Shown here piece by piece: positions 44,480-57,364 of a stretch of 64,000 nt of DNA. A program made the position numbers and the translations under genes. Position 1 is the first letter of the stretch. Every line of letters starts with the position of its first letter. This DNA comes from Octopus vulgaris. Taxonomy: Eukaryota. The DNA lies in assembly GCA_951406725.2 (NCBI GenBank), contig OX597815.1:142910001-142974000 (forward strand). Direction: 5' to 3'. Below the pieces are notes generated by a model, which had not been told where the DNA came from, ran no database searches, and saw nothing but the letters and a program-made list of their open reading frames with translations.

Positions 44480-45520
44480 TCGAATTTATTCTCACTTACT
44501 GGATGACTATCCTGCGCAATGCAAAATATGTCTCTGCTGATGATCCTCCTGGATCCATATCAAAGTAATCTTTAAATCTTTACAATCTTTGTAAATTTAT
44601 GCTACCGCTATATCTTAAATATAATGGTTCCGCCATAGCATACCCCCTGTCGAGAAAGCTTCTTTATCTACAGCCCACGCTGTTTCTAACACCACTCTTT
44701 CCAAACGTACCCTTGTCACACGACCAGTCTCAACTGTATGTACATAAAGTCTACGTTCAAAAAACACCTCCAATGGCTGCAACCATCAAAACCACCAACC
44801 TAAACAATGTATTTTACGTTGGCCACAAATGTTGTGCTCCAGGGCTAGCTTCCATCTTCGCCAGTCAATGAACTAAATCTCTACCCTCATATTTAGAAAC
44901 TTGTTCCAGGGTATCTCATTCTAAAGCCAAACTTTCTGACACTGCCATTACTTATACTAATTTCCACCACACACATTATGGGAACATGGTAAGCGTTGTT
45001 AATAACATTTTCATCGTAACATTGTGTCTATTTCAGTAAAGTTTTATCTCCTCAGTTCTACAAGAATTTTGCGTTGATTGATATTCAATAGGAGGCTAAT
45101 ACTGAGAGGTTCGACAAATTAACATCAACAAGATTTTTGACCGTGTCTGGCAAGCGAATTTCAGTGGTATGCTGCCCACATATAGGCGTGACATGTATCA
45201 CATAGCTTATTTAACATTTGATATCAATTCTACTGTGCTACATGCTTCAGTGACGTCCCTTACACGTGTCCTGTTGACATGTCACCTCTAACAACGCACA
45301 GTCTTATCAAGCTGATACCACTCATCTCCCATCAACCTTCTGCACACATGCGTTATCCAAATGCAACCAAGGCACTTCACACCAAACATGACATTCGAAC
45401 AAATAGCACAAGTTTCTCGAAGAGAAACATTGCATTTTTTCCTTCCAAGATTACAAACGCATATTCCGTGTATAGCTTTATGTAATGTTCAATTCAAACT
45501 CTTTAAGTAATAATTGATGC
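44480..45520 (+). pseudogene. Heavily deleted CR1/Jockey-type LINE remnant
   Basis: NINKIFDRVWQANFSGMLPTY at ~45121 resembles the DISKAFDRVWH..L..Y RT motif. Confidence 0.4.
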
Positions 45521-45801
45521 TAGATATTAGAATCTCATTCCTTTTCCTGAAGATTTGACTTTCATTAGATAGCAAGACTGTATCTAAGAATACTACTTCA
45601 CCCAAATTTCGATTAAGACTACAATTGAATACATTTAAAGTGAATCCAAAAGAAAGCTACCCGACTGAGTGACAAAGGAAGACTCATATACATACAACAT
45701 CTTATTCATACACACATTGTCCTTTCACTGTGTATCCTACCACTACTACAACGGTGAGTGTCTAGATCTATCTATCTATTTATCTATCGATAAATAGATA
45801 T

Positions 45802-45885
<84 letters not shown>

Positions 45886-46659
45886 GTATCTTTTAATGGA
45901 ACATTAAGAAAGCCGCAGGGAAAAAATTCATTTCATTGAATTATCGTGAATAAATGACAGTAATTAAGATGATATTTTAAGTCACTTATTAACTGACATT
46001 ACATAACTTTTACATAATTACAACACTGTTTATATAATGACATTTCAAGTATGAGAAGAAAAAAAATTACGTTTTATTCAACTTCTTAAAGAAAACAAAG
46101 AAAGAACCAAAAATATTAAATACGTTATTTATTGACATTTTTCTGTAAATTTTCCCGAGGATGTGTTTTTTATTCTTTTCATATTTACATCTAATTTTTT
46201 CTTTCTATCAAGCGACTCTTGACTTTCTTTATGTTGTATTCTAATATAAACCCTGTTTATACAGAAAGCCACTATCTTTAAATTATTTATCATTATCAAC
46301 ACCTACGCCATTGTGATGTATCAGCTCCATTTAAGTATTCATCGTATTCATGAACTTTCATTGACGAAAAAATAAACAATAGTTTATTCTACTTGGAAAT
46401 TACATTTCCATTTCTTGAACCAAGGAGGTATGTGAACTTAAAATTTAAACCATTCACTTCAACTTCAACTATGATGTGCCAAAAAAAAGTGGGCTCTAAT
46501 TGGTTGCTCGGACTCCTACTAATAGCGACGAAATCTTCCTAAAATTACTTGGCTATCCTGAATGTATTGAATAATGTAATATCATGTTTCAAAAAAGTAA
46601 AAGGCATGTTCACGGGTGGAAGACATCTGATCATCTGAACGAATAGTTAAGATCTAGAG

Positions 46660-46760
46660 CAGTGTTTTCCAACCTGTTTTGCACCAGATTCCACTATAAA
46701 TTGTCATTAAAATGTATGCCCCACTAGTGGTTAGGAAATAAAACATCTTTAATTTTAATA
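46660..46760 (+). mobile_element. Possible hAT (Charlie-like) terminus
   Basis: CAGTGTTTTCCAACCT is preceded by atctagag (NTCTAGAN target). No partner end found. Confidence 0.35.
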
Positions 46761-48711
46761 TTTTATCAAAATTATTTCATGCAAAAGAATCTTGTAGTAA
46801 CTCTTTTAAGTACCGATTAGAAAAATGTACATTATTGACTAAGAAAAAAGGTAAATCCCTTTCATGAGAACCTTATGTCTGGCGACTACGGCACCACACC
46901 CCTTCACTTTCAGTGATGATATTCTAAAAGTTGTCTTTCTCGCTCGTCAATTGCTGTTGTTTATTCTCTCTAATTTTCTCTAGTCATACCATAATTTTAC
47001 AATGAAAACATATTTATGTTCTAGCTTAGTCTCCAGACATGGATTTGAAACTGCAATAGGATAAGAAAAGATGTTTAACTTATAATTCTTGGACGTTGAT
47101 ACAACTTTTATATTCTTACGAACTGACAAATAGTTGGCTGAAAAATGTCATACGATATGTTCTTCAGAATTATGCTGAAATGTCTCAGTGTAAAAACTTT
47201 ATTTAAATGTCACTAACATTGATAACACCCCCCCACTGACGAACAGATTTCCAAAATAATAATAATCCATTGCATATTTTTCCATTATCTATGAACTCTA
47301 TGAGTATAGATTCCTTTCAACTCATAGAAAGAATTCATTTCCTGTTCAAAATATATACCTTTGCAATATCCCTTATATATTATATTACATACTACCTGCT
47401 ATATGAATATATTGTATGCATTATTATATGTCATATACAATGACACTGTATGTATGTATGTATGTATGTATGTATGTATGTATGTATGTATGTATGTATG
47501 TATGTGTCTATCTATCTATGTGTCGCACAATAGAAGCAAAAGGGAAATTCTGGTAGCTAAACATTCGAAATGATATTTTTATTTTTGTAGTCTGGGGCTA
47601 TTTTTTTCCTTCCTATAAATATTACAGTATTAAACTTCAAACGAATTCTATCTGTTACAAAGCTTCATACATTTGCATCAAAACCGTATTCAGTTCACAG
47701 CACATAACTTTGCATCTGTCTCTTCCATTGTACAATAATTCCTAAATGCAAATCAGGAATATTAAAGGTAATAACTTAAGGTACTTACAACTACATATGC
47801 ACTAAGAAATATTAATATATTCTATCTATGCATTAAATGGATTTCTCCCTTTAATATGCTTTGACTTTAATCTCATTTTCGTTCCATGGAGTTGTAGAAT
47901 TCTCATGCTTATTAATGCTAACCTTAATTCTTGGTTATAATGTCTATAATTTTATGATTCATATTCTCCAGTTTCACTCATTACTGACATTCCGTTCAGC
48001 TAGGTGATGTCTTGGCTTAACAACTAACGTTTGCCTATTAGCTCCTCATACACCAACCTAATGTCATGTTTATCGAACCCTTTATTCTCTTTTTCCTTCT
48101 ATTTTTCTTCACATTCTACTGTATATTCCTGGGGTAAATCACACGACGCCGTTATCAAACACACGCACCCACCTCTCTTTCCTCTCAATACATTAAGTCA
48201 AGTGACTGTGCTATTACACACTGTCATCTTTCCAAACATATATATCACATCTGCATTATTCAAGAGAGTTACTATTATTATTGTCCTAGGTGTTCGCTAC
48301 ACGTCCTTCCAACAACCAAATCCTATAACCCACGCACACTCAAGCTGTTCACACGCTGCAGTGCACAAGCACACATTCGTACACAAAAACCAACAAATAC
48401 AGACGCAAAGCACACTAAATTCACTTCTTGGCAACACTAGTCTCCGCACATCATGGACAGACAGAGCAGTCTCAGTAAATAACTGTTAACACCCCAAATT
48501 CTGTTTGTCATAAATACGAGTAAATCTCCGGATGTTTTTTCAAAATTGCTCAACATAGCAGCGAACTTGCGCACAAATCACATTGGCTGTGGATGTAACA
48601 TATCTGAAATTACCACGGCCGCCTCTATTCAATCAAGCTTTACCTGATGTTAAGCAACAACTATAAAAATAATTTGGCAAAATTTCTCAAATGTAAAATA
48701 TTTCATAATTA

Positions 48712-48783
<72 letters not shown>

Positions 48784-48904
48784 GTATGTATCTGTGCGTG
48801 TGTGTTTGTATTTATATATAGGTATTGTGAGTGGACGTGTATGTGTATATTCATGCATATATATATATAATGTATGTATATATATATATATATATATATA
48901 TTTG

Positions 48905-49076
48905 TGCATTTGTGTCTTTCTGGCAACCGATGTTGGTGTGTTTACGTCCCCCGTATCTTAGCGGTTTGGCAAAAGAGACCGATAGAATAAGTACCAGGCT
49001 TACAAATGGGTCGACTTCTTCGACTAAAAGCCCGTGCTCCAGCATGGCCACAGTAAAAATGACTGAAACAAATAAA
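48905..49076 (+). mobile_element. SINE 3' half (family of 485-1390)
   Basis: accgatgttggtg.gtttacgtcc...ttagcggtttggcaaaagagac.gatagaataag...gctccagcatggc...aatgactgaaacaa. Confidence 0.8.
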
Positions 49077-50019
49077 ATATACACACACACACACACATAC
49101 ATATACACACAACGGGATAGTGAACAATAAGCTAAAGAATGAGTAGAAAATACAGGGTAAATGTTCTGCGGACCGGTTTTGAACTCGGAACAATGTGGTT
49201 GCGAAACAAAACATCGTAAATACACAGACTTGTAACATTTCAATCACTAATTTTATCGACTAGTCTAGTTGCGGCAGTTGAAACGCCTAACTTTGCCATG
49301 TTCCGACTCCAGACAACAAATATGTTTTGAACCTACGGAATTGAAGAGTAGTTAAAGAAATGTCTTGAGGCGAACAATAGACGATATTGCCAGGAATTTG
49401 ACAGAACCGATTCCAAAGTTGCCGGCTACGGAAATGCGACATTTCAACTATAAAACGTTTGCTTTTATATTTTTGAGCTTTTACTTTATAATTCTTATTC
49501 TACCGATTCGATGTGTCGCTTTTTTTCTTTTCCATTTCATTCAATAATTTTATTTCTTCCTTTTTGCCAAGTATTTATTTACGAGGTTACAACGATATCC
49601 ATATATACTAGAGTGTGTAATTTCCTGATCATACATACATTAAGTAAATTTCTCTATTCTGTAGATACGTATGTATGAATGCTATCTTAACTACTCTACA
49701 TTGCCAATCGCTATTTGCAAATGTTAAAACCATAGAGTTGCAGGTAAGTAGCCTAGGAATAGGAATAACTCGTTCAAATTTTGTCAGTGGCGGTGCATTG
49801 CTTCAATGACGATGACATGAAATCCAAACCTCAATCTACCACACTTTCATTAGCTGATACCGTAGCATAATGAAAAATATTTTTAGCTTTAGTAATAGTT
49901 TAATGATGTGAAGTATTTTACTCACAGGATTGGTTGAGTTTTCTTCCTTTGTGAATCACATCACTCCTGAAGACATTTTGTCAAATTTGGGCTTAGCTAA
50001 AATGAAGGATTTACGTTGG

Positions 50020-51365
50020 AGCGATGGGTGTTGAATATCTGTAAAATAATTCTAACCTATATTGCTAAGTATTTTGTCCGGGCTGCTAACGAGTCTGCCA
50101 GTGTAGTTCATAATACTGACCAACAATTAATATTGTTTAATAAACAATGTTATATTACGTGCATTAATCTAGACAAAAGCCTTCATGACCACTTTCATAT
50201 CAAACCACTGGTTATCAATGTCAAATTTTTTCTTGACAAGGTTCTACTTGATTTACACCCTAATAATACAATAAGGGAGTTTGATTTGATTTTTCCCTCT
50301 TAAGAAGTAAAATACTATTATTCTGTTCTACCTTAATTCCTGTAGATTTCATTTCTGCACTCCGTGACTGTGCTATCAACCCGGAAATATGTTCTATTAG
50401 TGAATATGAAAGAGTAGGTTTGTAAGATGGTTTACAATTATTTTATCAAGAAACAAGTAGCTTTTGGTGTGTCTTAACTACGAAATTAAAAGATAAGAGA
50501 GCTTCATGGAGATTTTATTATGATTGTAAACATTAAAGAACCTATATTATTACAATATATTTCGGAAATGATTCTTACTGTTCAATTTTGAAGACGCCAT
50601 TGCCACCAATTAACTCTTGGACCTTCTATGATTGAATTTCTGAAATAACTTCTGTAGATTTGGCAGCAAGTCAGAATTATATATGGTGTCTGAAATCAAA
50701 CTTTCACTAAGGTGGGGATGGAAAGTTATTAAATACCAGACAGTTATTTATTGAAATACTCTACAGTAAAAGCCGATGGCTTTTTGCTGCACAATAACTA
50801 GCTTCATTCTATTATATTTAATGTCTGGGAAAATAAGTGAAACCATATAAAACAACAGGTTGAAGAGCGGCGAGTGACTCAGTATAATGCTTTATGGCTA
50901 TGATTCTTTCAGCAATGGAGATTTTAGCTTAGTCGAATGAAAATGAGAGTGAAACAGTGGAAGAAAGGGGAGAAAAAAAGAGACAGTCGGTGGGGGTGTT
51001 TCTGAGATGGGAATGTGATGTTAAAGGTATTAGTATGCGGAAAATATAGTAACTCTCTTAAAATATTAAGTCCAGCAGACATTACATTGAAGCAAATCAT
51101 TTTTTATGAAGAAAAAATTATATCTTTGGTGTTCGAACGATATGAGCTGTCACTCACATGCTTGGTTGTTGGTTCCTTGAATTTGGGAGCAACCAATGAG
51201 GCACCCATTCTTATACTGTACATTCGCCAACATTACGTCAACCAGTAAGCTATTATGTCGACAGCAATATTTATTTCCAGTAGTTCTTTTGGAAAAATAT
51301 AGTCTATTACATTCTGATACAAATGTTTGCTTACACACAAATGGAGTGCTGTTTTATATCACGTT
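50020..51365 (+). pseudogene. Degraded piggyBac-like transposase
   Basis: In order: LDKSLHDHFHIKPL, PEICSISEY, GKYSNSL, KKLYLW..DM...HAWLL, NVCLH...FY. These resemble piggyBac DK..K.RP, SIDE, YN, KKW..D....NAW and the C-terminal Cys-rich motif. Confidence 0.4.
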
Positions 51366-52331
51366 GAATATTTTTCCTCTTCTTAGACCCGTGAAAAGCC
51401 ACTGAAATGGCATAGTAATTAGAAACTATATAATTAAATACGTGAGTGTGTCTATGTAAGAATGTCTTAACTATTCTACATAAGCAAATTGCTATTTACA
51501 AATGTAAATTATTGTAATCTTTATGCAGAGCAACAAAACCTGTTATTTTCAAAACCAAGAAGAAAACACGTCAAGTTATTTCCTCCTCATAGGGAAGACT
51601 AGTTGTGACTTCCGGTATGTCCGGTAATATTAATGGACTAAAATTGCATAATTTTCACTGCTTGTAATTTTATTATTTTCTAGAAAATATCAATGAGATT
51701 TTCTTCATCAGCATTCAAAACTACACCGGGATTACACATTTTAAAGATAATCTAGCGAAAATTTAAAAGAACTTGACGTGGTTGGAAGAAATTTAACCAG
51801 ATCCGAGATTGCTACTAAAACAAGGCACCCTTGCTTTATTACAAGCTCTGTTTGGTATGTTCATTAAAGAATGTGAAATGTAATAAATGAAACATTAATG
51901 CAAATGTGATGACATTAACGATTCAATTATTGATATTAAAAGAGTTAGGTCTATAAAAATCTCTCTCTCTTTCTCTCTCTCTCACTCACACACACACATA
52001 CGCATACACACACGCAACCACAGGCACAATTACCCATACATACATATATGCACAAGCAAAGAAACACGCACACTCACACTCACACATACAGACACACACA
52101 TACACCGTGAGCCTCGCCCACCAAACGCTCCTTCCCTCACACACGCCTGCGCAGTCGCACGCATGCACATACGTACGCACCCACTCACACACACACACAA
52201 TACTGATATCTCCTGTACTCACACACATACACACAAGTGCATTCATACCTGCATGTATATATACATAAAATTAACAGAATGAGATAAAAATCCAGGCCTC
52301 TGAAAGATTTCAGAACATTTATAAAGAGAAG

Positions 52332-52381
52332 GTCTTACAGCTGTTTCCGAAATATTTTATATATATCGCTTCATCGGAGAC
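52332..52381 (-). ncRNA. Hammerhead motif, CCGAUGA core, GUA triplet
   Basis: GUCU CCGAUGA ag..g GAA AC AGCU GU A AGAC; palindromic ACAGCUGU. Confidence 0.6.
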
Positions 52382-52666
52382 GGTGTGAGAAGATGGTTAA
52401 GCAATAGTTATTCTAGAGAGGGTATGAAATAGAGAGTGAAGTGGAGGAATGAAAACAGACGTGAGATATGCAGAAATATTGTATCTGCAGTTCCATTATT
52501 TAAGCAAAATGGTATACATATGATTTTCCTGTATACCATTCTGCTTAAATATTGCAACTGTAGATAAAATATCCCGGCATTTCACACGTCTGTTTTTATT
52601 CCTCCATTTCACTCTCTGTTTCATATTTTCTCTAGAATAACTATTGCTTAACCATCTTCTCACACC

Positions 52667-52714
52667 GTCTCCGATGAAGGGATATATAAAATATTCCGGA
52701 AACAGCTGTGAGAC
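52667..52714 (+). ncRNA. Hammerhead motif, CCGAUGA core, GUG triplet (probably inactive)
   Basis: GUCU CCGAUGA ag GGAUAU..AUAUUCC g GAA AC AGCU GU G AGAC. Confidence 0.55.
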
Positions 52715-52929
52715 CTTCTCTTTATAAATGTTCCTGAAATCTTTCACAGCCTTGGATTTTTATCTCATTCTGTTAATTTTTTATATATACGCATGCTGAT
52801 ATATGACCTATGTTGGACTCCTCATTCGCATAATCACCGATCCTGGAGCTTAACTATAGTCTGTCCACAGCACTTACTCATCATTACCTGTGTTACCTGC
52901 CTTTTTGACACCATTACCTCTCATAACCT

Positions 52930-52969
<40 letters not shown>

Positions 52970-53329
52970 CACTGAAATGCGCTCACATATATATTCGCGC
53001 ACACACTACTGATTATCCACTTCAGCACTCCGAGAGACATCTACACCACAGTATACTACCTTGACACTATTACACACACACAGATTCACACACAGACAGA
53101 CAGACACACACACACACACACGTAAGTACACTCACTGCCTAGTCTTCTTGACTGCTCACCTGTCTCTTCTATGATATACACCCAAACAACTTGTACGCAG
53201 AGACTCTCACATCTACCTACACATACATAATACACACACGCACGCCGTATATGTAAATATGCACAGCATACTGATGTAGCCTCACACATACATGCACACT
53301 CCCACATACAGACAGCCACTCCTGCATCA

Positions 53330-53595
53330 CTTCCTTTCCATTAAAAGTATTGTTAACTCTCACAATGCCGGTTAATCGAGGATTCAACTTGTGAACGTAA
53401 ATCACGTGCGAACTTAGCCCACCTGGCTCTCATCTTTTTTATCTCCTTCCATCTCTTCTTCGTCTCCCAACATTTTCCTGTTCCTTGCATTAGAATCCTA
53501 GGAAGGATTTGTCCGAAACCTTGTATTTTATTACATTAATTTTACTGTAGCTTTTTGTCCTTCCTTGAGCACCAACCTAAAGATTTTTTAAATGA
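53330..53595 (+). mobile_element. Possible PLE 3' end with decayed HHR
   Basis: ORF end ..PVNRGFNL*, then cc-taggaa-gga-tttg-tcc-GAAAC-ctt-GTA at ~53497-53525. Confidence 0.3.
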
Positions 53596-53639
53596 CCCCC
53601 CCCCTTGGACCTGCTCTCTTGTGCGTATGTATGCGTGTG

Positions 53640-54937
53640 GGCGATCGACTGGTATCGTGCAGTCTTTGTACCAATACCAAAGAAAAGTAACCCATGCGTA
53701 TGCTCTAACCACCGAACCACCAGCCTTATTGTTCACGCAAGCAAGGTCCTGCTGCGAATCAACGTAGGTAGAGTGCAGCGGAAATATAGCAGCGTCATCG
53801 CTAAGGAACAAGCCGGCTTCGTCAAGGGCAGAGGAACAAGGGAACAGACAGTCAACATCAAGATGATGATCAAGAAGGTTAAGGAATGTAACATCCCACT
53901 TTACGTGTGTTTCATCGACTACTCTAAGGCCTTCGACTGCGTGAGACACAGCAAGCTGTGGGACGTCGTGGATGACATGGGATTTCCTGAACACTTAGTT
54001 GCACTGTTGGCGCGACAATGTCAATATCAACAGTCATCTGTCAGGACGTCCGTCGGTAACACTGAGTGGTTCGGAATTGAGAGGGGTGTCCGACAGGGAT
54101 GTGTTTTGTCTCTATATCTGTACAAAACATCATAAGAGCAGTGAAGGGGAACTACGAGGGTGGTGTGCAGATTGGCGGAGAAAATCTGTGCAATCTGAGA
54201 TACGCCGATGACACAACCCTCATAAGTAACAGCAAGGACGAATTGCTGCAGATGATACGCAAAGTGAAAGACATGAGCGCACAAAGATCTTGGTGGTGGA
54301 TAAGTACAGGACAGACCAACTTGACTTCACCGTAGACAGAGAGATGATTCAGGAAGTGGATGATTTTGTGTACTTGGGATCCATAATCAGCAGCAGTGGA
54401 TCAAGTACACCAGAGATACGGAGAAGGCTCATGATAGCGAAGCAAGCGGTACAAGATATGGAGAACATCTGGAAGAGTCGTGGCGAGTCAATGCTACTGA
54501 AGATAAGGCTACTTCGGGCTGCCGCTTTCTCTATTTCGACGTACGGCTGCGAGTCGTGGAGAATGTTGTAGGCAGACGAGAAAAGAGTGACCGCTTTTGA
54601 AATGTGGTGTTACCACAGAATTCTTAGTGTCGTGGACGGAGAGAAGGACGAACAACTGGGTACTAGAAAAGCTCGGTTGCGAGAAGACGCTTCGGTGAAA
54701 CATCATGAAGCGGCCACGTTATGCGCCGGGATGGACTTCAGCGAACGATCATAACTTGCAAGGTGAACGGCAGACGTAAAAGAGGCAGGCCACCCACTTC
54801 TTGGCTGAAAGACATCGCAGCCACAGGATTGCCTTTATTCTCAGCTGTCCATGGGGTAGAGGATAGGAGAAGGTGACAAGATATCGTGATGAGCACAGCA
54901 TCGCATAGTGCGACACCTGACTAGGATGATGATGATG
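53640..54937 (+). mobile_element. RTE (BovB-like) LINE, 5'-truncated and inactivated
   Basis: PIPKK..CSNHRT.SL..HASKVLL, EQAGF..GRGTREQ, CFIDYSKAFDCV, GVRQGCVLS, NLRYADDTTL, FVYLGS, EIRRR, YGCESW; (GAT)n tail. Confidence 0.92.
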
Positions 54938-54969
54938 TGAGTGTGTCCGTGTGTGATGCTGTGTGTGTG

Positions 54970-55022
54970 TCATTATTTAGTTTTATTTCAGGACTTCTTG
55001 CCAATAGAGGAAGATCCAGTTT
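54970..55022 (-). mobile_element. Short copy of family B next to (TATG)n
   Basis: Reverse complement aaactggatcttcctctattggcaagaagtcctgaaataaaactaaataa matches 61198-61246. Confidence 0.65.
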
Positions 55023-55519
55023 GTATGTATGTATTCATGCATGTATGTATGTATGACTATTTTATTCCTAATTACGTGATTTATTCCCCTGAAGAAGGAG
55101 CTGCCTTCTAACAAAGATACAGAGCTCCATCGTTGGAATGTAGATAACTAAAAGAATGTCACATTTTAAACTTGAAAAATACTTGCATATTTTTACTATT
55201 CTACTTACAGAATATATTTGTAATGTGCGAGTTACATGGCTGTTTTTTTCTGAAAACCCAAACTTATCTAGATTACCAGTTAGGCTCACAAAATAAAGTG
55301 CACCAATTAGTATTGGTATCAATGTGAAATTATAATCTGGATATAGAATCTGAAGGTTTCGAAACAGTTGTAGAAAGTTATCCTTCTTCTCTAATTCTTA
55401 AAGAGATGTTCACGTCAGCCGGACAGCCAACTTTTCTGACAGTACATATATTTTCATATACGTCCCAAAAATGTGTATGTGTACGCGAGCGTGTGTGTTG
55501 GTATGACTATATGTATGCG

Positions 55520-55583
<64 letters not shown>

Positions 55584-55587
<4 letters not shown>

Positions 55588-55684
55588 ACTTGTTTTATTT
55601 ATATTCCTGAGCGCCATACTAATGCAATTGTTTGTTTGTATTCCACCTGCCTTCGTCTTTTGTTTATTTTCATAAAGCTTCCCG

Positions 55685-55686
<2 letters not shown>
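55584..55686 (+). mobile_element. 103-nt mini-element of family A in (TA)n
   Basis: Near-identical reverse complement of 683-786, with pure (TA)n on both sides. Confidence 0.85.
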
Positions 55687-55727
<41 letters not shown>

Positions 55728-56189
55728 GTGTATGTGTTTGTGTATGTGCATGTATCCTCTTACTCACTCACCCTCGACTGCATATTTCTATTGCACATGT
55801 TTCGAAGAAAATCAATTTTGTGTGCAATCCCTCTACGCATACATACCCTAAGTCCTATCATTACCCACATAAGCACACTATAGATTCGATATATCTATTC
55901 TGAATTTTAACTTCCACCGTAACTGATCCTTTAATTTCATTTTCTAACGCCCACTCCTCCTTGTTGTAAACACTCCTTAACACTCAGCATCTCATATTTT
56001 ACTGCCTTCCACCAAAAGCAAGAGATTCGAATTACAACAAATCCCCTCTTGATTTATTTCTCAAAGACATTCGACAACTGACTGAAACACTCTTCTTTTA
56101 AAATATTTTGTGCAAATAATTACCTCCTACACCTTATCCATCGTGGTGATCGAGGAATTCGGAGTTGTGGCAGTCTAGATGCAATTAAC

Positions 56190-57290
56190 ATTTATACACA
56201 CACATTTGGCGTATCTAAGATAGTGGCGTAGAATATAAAATATCTCCGTGTTTTAAAGATGTAGTTCATTGCATTGTAAGATGTGAAGCCACATAATATA
56301 TCTAGATAAATCTCTTGATCGTATTCAAACCAGCCGTGAAATGTCTCGTTCCCTGTGCTTTTCCTATTTAAATACGTAAGAATATTCCAGTACTTTGCAT
56401 CCGAATCATTCATTCTAGTCCACTTCTTTCTAATCAACCCTCAGATTATTATAAATAATTATATTTAACTTTAGATTTTTCATTGTAGTAATGCTAAATT
56501 AAGATAGAACTATTCTGGCTCAATACAAAGAATTTTTTGATCAAAACTATTCACTTAAACTGAAAAAAAATGCATTAAAAAGAAAAAAAACAGAAATATA
56601 TATAAGTGCACACAATAGTTGATGAACAATTTCAGAAATTTATTTTGATCCAAATTTTCCCAAATAACTTCGGCTTCAGTTTTATCGGCTTTTGTCCGGT
56701 AGCTAGTCACACATCTAGTCAATATAATACTGTTTTCTCCAATATACTGACAGAAAAATTTGCCTGTCATATTAAAAGCAGGAAAGGGTTGTAATCATTG
56801 ATAAATTTTTCAGATGATTTCCTTTGAGGTTGATTAAAGCTTTTTAACACTTTTTCCCCTTTATTCTTAATTTGACACTTTCGGCAACAGTGAAGAAATT
56901 AAATTTCCTTCAGCCTTAGGAAAGCCAAATCGGCATTTTCTGACCGAATTATTTTCCTTTTTCCATAAATTCCCCGACAAGTTTTGCTGCATGAATACAT
57001 TTGAAAACGACTGACCAAATTATAAAGAGTGACACTAGATAATGAACAGGGCAATCTGCAAGTTATATATTGTTTTTTAAACGTTTGAATTTTTTTCTGG
57101 AGAATCTTTGTCCACCCAAATTTTCATATGAACATGAGGAGTCTCTCTTTGCTTTTACTCTGTTTTCCAAAAGTAATGTGTGTTGTTGCCACAAATTGGA
57201 TTGATTTTGCAAAAAGCACTTTATTCATTATAGCTTTTAATCGGTGATAAAAATCCCTACTAACATCATTTACACAGAAAGTGTTTGTTT
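56190..57290 (-). pseudogene. Helitron2/Helentron-type Rep (HUH) domain remnant
   Basis: VSRDFYHRL, THYFWKTE*KQRETPHVHMKIW (HUH at 57128-57139), YITCRLP..LYNLVSRFQ..CSKTC, CRFGFP, FINDYNPFLLL, QYIGENS..TSYRTKAD. Confidence 0.75.
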
Positions 57291-57364
57291 TGACAGTTTG
57301 AATATATACATTTTTATTTTTAAATAAACTTTCAAGTCAATGTTGAGGGTTAATTATCATTTAT

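Larger units (their letters stand above)
52251..52931 (+). mobile_element. PLE-derived foldback element (family C)
   Basis: 52251-52518 is the reverse complement of 52530-52796 with an 11-nt loop. Each arm has an HHR; the tail 52797-52931 is followed by (TA)n. Homologue at 59346-59813. Confidence 0.85.
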
